Positions 36,860 through 42,274 of a stretch of DNA of 42,274 nucleotides are shown piece by piece. Numbering within the stretch: the first letter of the stretch is position 1; each line of letters begins with the position of its first letter. The translations under genes and the position numbers were made by a program. Source of the DNA: Octopus sinensis. Taxonomy: Eukaryota. The notes under the pieces are model-generated. The model was not told the origin of the DNA and searched no databases. It saw nothing but the letters and a program-made list of their open reading frames with translations. The stretch spans positions 1 to 42,274 of the forward strand of contig NW_021835251.1 of assembly GCF_006345805.1 (NCBI RefSeq), read 5' to 3'.

Positions 36860-36906
36860 AAATGATAAATGAACAAAGAAATTTGCAAAATGGTTAATCC
36901 CAGATA

Positions 36907-36955
36907 GACGGTTTCTGGCTTAGTAATAAAATAATGTGCCTTCATCAGTGAAATG
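36907..36955 (-). ncRNA. Degenerate hammerhead-like motif
   Basis: Minus strand CUGAUGA-A-GGC...GCC-A-GAAA-CCG-UC. The core and GUC triplet are intact, but helix I cannot form. Confidence 0.3.
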
Positions 36956-36994
36956 ATACGAAAATTAGTACCTAATTACAGAAATATATATATA

Positions 36995-37867
36995 CAGGGG
37001 TTGGAGAAAATAATGGGAACACCTAGCATCATAGCATCATCATTTTGAAATATCTATAAAACCGTCAAAAGCTTGTTTATTTTTATGTTTTTGATTTATT
37101 ATTAGTGTTGCTTAATATGTTTTGCTAAAATTCCTGTTTCTTTTCAGATATCATCAGAAAAAGGTAGTTAAAATTCATTAAAATGACAGATATATCGGAC
37201 TTTCAGAGCTGTCAAATTGTTGGTGCTCGTATGGTAGGCTCTAGCGTAACGAAAACAGTCGAAATGTTTGGTGTATCGAGAAGTACTGTCTCGAAAGTAA
37301 TGACAGCCTTTGATAAAGAGGGTAAAAACCTCCTCGTCGAAACAAAACTCCGGAAGAAAACCAAAACTTTCAGATAGGGACCGTCGGACTCTTACACGAA
37401 TTTTTAGAAAGGATCACAAAAGTATAGTGACCCCCAAAATTACTGCAGAGCTTAATGACTACCTCGAGAACCCAGTTTACATAAAACTGTTCGCCGGGAG
37501 CTGCACAAAGCCGGATTTCACGTCAGGGCTGCAATGAGAAAACCACTACTTTCAAAAACAAACGTTGTAAAGCGTTTAGAGTGGAGTTAAAACCTACAGA
37601 TTTGGTCCCTGGAACAGTGAAAGAATGTTATTTACTCGGACGAGTTATCCCTTACCTTATTTCCGACCACTGGCCGAGTATACGTGTGGAGACACTCAAA
37701 AGAAGCATTTGATCCAGACTGCCTTCTTCCAACTGTTAAACATGTAGGAGGATCTGTGATGATTTGGGGCGGGGGCTATATCTTGGAAATCCGCCGGCTC
37801 AATAGCTTCCCTTCATGGCAGAGTTAATAGTCAAGACTATTTAAGCATTTAATCTGATCAAATTCAT

Positions 37868-37870
<3 letters not shown>
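36995..37870 (+). mobile_element. Tc1-family transposon, 3'-truncated at a (TA)n tract
   Basis: TA|CAGGGGTTGGAGAAAATAATGGGAACACC left end followed by a decayed transposase. Confidence 0.9.
37183..37870 (+). pseudogene. Tc1-type DDE transposase pseudogene (HTH region plus first catalytic Asp), with frameshifts and stops
   Basis: MTDISDFQSCQIVGARMVGSSVTKTVEMFGVSRSTVSKVMTAFDKEG/TSSSKQNSGRKPKLSDRDRRTLTRI..TVRRELHKAGF..RKPLLSKTNVVKRLEW..NVIYSDE..GRVYVWR..DCLLPTVKHVGGSVMIWG..GRVNSQDYLSI. Confidence 0.9.
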
Positions 37871-37900
<30 letters not shown>

Positions 37901-37924
37901 TATATGTAACACACAATATGTATA

Positions 37925-37958
<34 letters not shown>

Positions 37959-39411
37959 CATGTATATATGCTATGATGGGGCATGTAATAAGGGATATGT
38001 AACCAGAAAATATACTACTCAGGTTAAAAAATGATGGTCGTCAGAGATCATTGCATAAAACTACACTCTGCAAAAAATATATATGCATAACTAAATAAAA
38101 AATAAAATAAATCAACGGTACTCAAATATGTTTGAGGTATCAATAGTAGAATGGATGCTTGGTGCGATCTGAGTCACTGATGTTAAATAAAACCCCAAAA
38201 CTATTTAAAGTTTATGAGAAATGTTTACACCAAAAGAGATTTTTGATCGCCTGTATCTAAAACGGAAACGATTTTAGCAGTTGAACATCGATTCAAGCAA
38301 TCTTTGAATATAATATTATATCTACTTGACACTATCCAGTAACCAATACACATCGAATGTATACAATATCAAATCTACATGTAGTGTTATCGTTTATTAT
38401 TATTTTTATATATCTTTTTCTTGTTCCAGTCAGTGGAAAATCAATTACATCGACTTCAAGTTTTGACGGGTACTTTGTTTTATCAACACCGAAAAGATGA
38501 AACGAAAAGTTGACCCCGGTGGAATATCGTAAAGCAATTTCCCGATATCCAAGTTTTGCCATCATGCAAAAGTTATATGCTTGAACGCCATCAAGTTGCT
38601 CTAGTATTTTGAAGAGGAAGCAGTATGTTGGAAAGGTGAGTGTTGCAAGGGTAGACAACACTGAGCAGCAAGGACTGGAATAATGTTTAGTGCATCGATA
38701 TGAAATGGCGGGTAACGAGAAGAAAATAGTTGAGTGCACTATCACCCTTGCTGCTGTTGTGGTGTTGTTGTTGTTGTTGTTGTTGTTGTTAAGCAACAAG
38801 ACGTGTAAGGGTGATTAGGTGATGGTCTAGGGCTTAGGGGCAGGTGACCCCAGATCTTGGGGAAAAAAAACTTTGGTCGTCTTGTAGTCAAGGGCTCTTC
38901 GTTGACGCCCGACACCACTGGGAGTTGGCCCTCGAAGTCACTGGAAATGGAGATCTCCAGGTACAAATTCTTGAACGGCTGCTGTTGCTGTTGTTGTTAT
39001 TGCTGCTCAGCTTCAAGTCACCCATGTTCAAAGTCATTTCATGTACCATTTTCAGTCATTTCAAACGTTACTGTCATCTCCTGAGATTAAAAACCAATAT
39101 ATTTACGACTACATTTTACCTAATATTTACTTAGACGGTAAGTGTGTGATACAGAAAATATTTATCTGCTGTTTCTGGCAGGAAGAGCAACCACATATAA
39201 ACGTCTCTTGCGTTGATTCAAGCTTTAACTGAAGTAAAAGATGGCAGAAAAATTGGGTATATTACAGATTCAGACGCCTATTGAGTAACATAAGAATTCT
39301 CAAAGAGAATACTCAACACGGTATTGAAGCGAATGGGCGAATAAGGGATTGACTGTACGAATGCCAGAATTTCAGAATGTCAGAATACGTGATGGATGCA
39401 CTGTCCTAGAT

Positions 39412-39566
39412 CAGTGCTCCGCAACCTTGTTATGCACTCGCGGTACACTTATGTTCTTTTAATAAATTCGGCGGCACACATGAACTAAAAATATTGGGAG
39501 AAAAATTAAATTCAGGTTACACGGTGGGACATTAGTGAGCCGCGGCATACCAGTTGCGGAGCACTG
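39412..39566. mobile_element. hAT (Buster/Charlie-like) MITE
   Basis: 14-bp TIR CAGTGCTCCGCAAC/GTTGCGGAGCACTG. The flanking 8-mers TCCTAGAT and AAGTAGGT both have a central TA but match only 4/8. Confidence 0.7.
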
Positions 39567-39716
39567 AAGTAGGTAGGTGAGCTAGAGAGGAGCAGAAATA
39601 ATACCTGGATCTAAATTTGAACTCAAATTTCTGATGCACTTTCTCTTCATTCACCTTTCTCTGTGGATTGTTCTCTCCCCACCTCTCTCTCTTTCTCTTT
39701 CTCACACACCTCACCG

Positions 39717-39747
<31 letters not shown>

Positions 39748-39817
39748 CTATATATATATATTATATTTATATATATATAATATATATATATATACTACAT
39801 ATACATATTCATATATA

Positions 39818-39861
<44 letters not shown>

Positions 39862-39947
39862 GTATAGCATATACATACACATATACATATATATATGTAT
39901 GTATATGAATATATCTATATCTATCTATATATATATATTTACATATG

Positions 39948-39996
<49 letters not shown>

Positions 39997-40138
39997 ACAT
40001 GTGTGTGTATGTGTGTGTGTGAGTGTGTGTGTGTGATAGTGGGTATATGGATGGATGCATATATGATCTGCCTATGTGTAAGTGTGCGCGGACATAGAAT
40101 TTCGCTAATAAATTCCTACGGATATATGTATTTACTCC

Positions 40139-40181
<43 letters not shown>

Positions 40182-40509
40182 GCACACACGCACACACACA
40201 TACACACATACAAACACATGGAACAAACACACGCACGTACACACCCATAGCAAATATATACATACACATGTGTATGTGTATATGTTTATTATTACGCATG
40301 CCTCTATTTACCAGAGATAAAGATTACGATAACGATATCCTGACATCAACACACACACACATACACACATACACACACACATACACACACAAACACGCAT
40401 AAACACTCATACACATGCGCGCATACATACATCTCCATGCACATACAGACACGCGTACACATACATGAAGCACCAGTTGCGGAGAGAGGGTATTACAGTA
40501 AGATGATGA

Positions 40510-40547
<38 letters not shown>

Positions 40548-40781
40548 AAGTCGGAGAGGAGTGTGAGAAAGAGAGAGCATGGGAGCAGTAAGGTAGATAA
40601 AAGCCACAGGTATGTATGATAGGAACATATTGCCAATGATAGCTAGATTAGAGAAATGAAAATATTGACGTGATCTACTATCATATAGTCAGAAATATAT
40701 ACATATTTAACCGTTATTATTACTGCCAAACAAACAACCGACAGACAAACCAGCCAAACAGACAAGCAAACAAACACACAC

Positions 40782-40816
<35 letters not shown>

Positions 40817-41137
40817 GCGTATATGAATGTCCTCACGCATATATGTATACGTGTATGCGTACGTTCAAGAATACGTAGATGGCTATGCCTAAGTGTTGAG
40901 GGACCCAATTGGCGTTGGCAAAACGGAACGAAGGAATACTCTGGAAAGCCTCCAAGTTTATAAATACATACATTTATGTATTCGTCTATTTCTTTATTTA
41001 TATTTGATTCGGTCGTCACTCCGAGTTTCCTGTTGTTTGCGAATTCTTAAAGGCGGCTTGTTCACCTATACAATATATATATATATGTATGTGTGTATGC
41101 GTGTGTGTGTGTGTGTGTGTGTGTGTATCTATCTATA

Positions 41138-41349
41138 CTCTTTTACTTGTTTACTTCTTTTAGTCATTTGACTATGGCCATGCTGGAGCACCGCCATTAG
41201 TCGAACAAATCGACCCCAGGATTTATTCTTTGTAAGCCTAGTACATATTTTATCGGTTCTTTTGCTGAACCACTAAGTTACGGAGACGTAAACACATCAG
41301 CATCGTTTGTCAAGCGATGTTGGGGGACAAGCACAGACACATAAATACA

Positions 41350-41394
<45 letters not shown>

Positions 41395-41595
41395 ATATAT
41401 ATATATATATATACATATATACATATACACGACAGGGTTTCTTTCAGTTTCCGACTACCAAATCCACTCACAAGGCTTTGGTCGGCCAGAGGCTATAGTA
41501 GAAGACACTTCTACTTAAGGTGCCACGCAGTGGGACTGAACCCGGAGCCATGTGGTTGGTAAGCAAACTACTTGTCACACTGCACTCCTGCGCCT
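41138..41595 (-). mobile_element. SINE family B, best-preserved full-length copy
   Basis: tRNA-like head with B box GGTTCAGTCCC, CORE-like GGCACCTT..AAGTGTCTTCTACTATAGCC, internal CA/TA microsatellite, tail ending AAACAAGTAAAAGAG. Confidence 0.9.
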
Positions 41596-41964
41596 ATAAT
41601 ATAAATAATATATATGCATGTATATATACATATATGTACATACTTGCATATATATGTATATACATATGTATATATGGGTACAGGACGTCATAAAACGTAA
41701 TCAACACGAAATACGAAATACGAAAACATAGGATGACCACGTATGAAAGAAAACAACAAACAAACACGAAACGGTGGGAAAGCAACTGGAATGCATTCCG
41801 TTAATCGGTCTTCTTGGCTAAAGGTGATCGGAACCGAAATAGCAACAAGAAAGACAACCGTTTCTGGCGTCTTGTATGGTCTTCCCTTCCAATCTTTTCG
41901 ATCCTGTGACTGAAGAAGGAGTGACCTTGGGCTAAACGAGCCCACTCACTACCACCGCCACCAT

Positions 41965-42082
41965 CAACTACTGCTGCTGCTGCTGCTGCTGCTACTACTA
42001 CTACTACTACTAACTACTACTACTACTACTACTACTACTACTGCTGCTGCTACTGCTGCTGCTGCTGCTACTGCTGCTACTA

Positions 42083-42144
<62 letters not shown>

Positions 42145-42145
42145 T
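41965..42145. repeat. (CTA)n/(CTG)n compound microsatellite
   Basis: Directly visible. Confidence 0.95.
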
Positions 42146-42274
42146 TTGTCATGGACTGCCTCCAGTGCATGACTTTTGATCGGGTCTCTGCTCAATCAGG
42201 ATTGACCTTGGGCTAAACAACAACGTGAGCAACAGCAACAACAGCAGCAGCGTTAGCAACAAGAACAACAACAA

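Overview
This window is eukaryotic, AT-rich and saturated with microsatellites, and no host protein-coding gene can be identified. The SINE families and repeat load point to a coleoid cephalopod, probably Octopus (inference, not searched). Almost every ORF in the supplied track is a translation of a simple repeat. The recognisable content is mobile DNA: three tRNA-derived SINE families (about 20 copies or fragments), two different REL-endonuclease non-LTR retrotransposon 3' remnants, an RTE-type LINE remnant, a truncated Tc1 transposase, a Tc1 IR/DR end, mariner derivatives, Tc1/mariner and hAT MITEs, and two or three non-autonomous Helitrons. The most notable observation is a 580-bp near-perfect palindrome (9962-10541, 268-bp arms, 2 mismatches). 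Each arm carries a type I hammerhead ribozyme motif facing outward, and the right-arm copy is complete. Four more hammerhead-like motifs in apparently unrelated small repeats occur elsewhere, suggesting a Penelope-like or retrozyme-like set of self-cleaving elements. Other highlights are a young locus-specific inverted duplication (35182-36859), a mariner built from two 5' ends, at least seven long inverted repeats (potential dsRNA/ADAR substrates), and a 628-bp tandem duplication that may be an assembly artefact. All folds and alignments were done by eye, and boundaries of degenerate elements are approximate.
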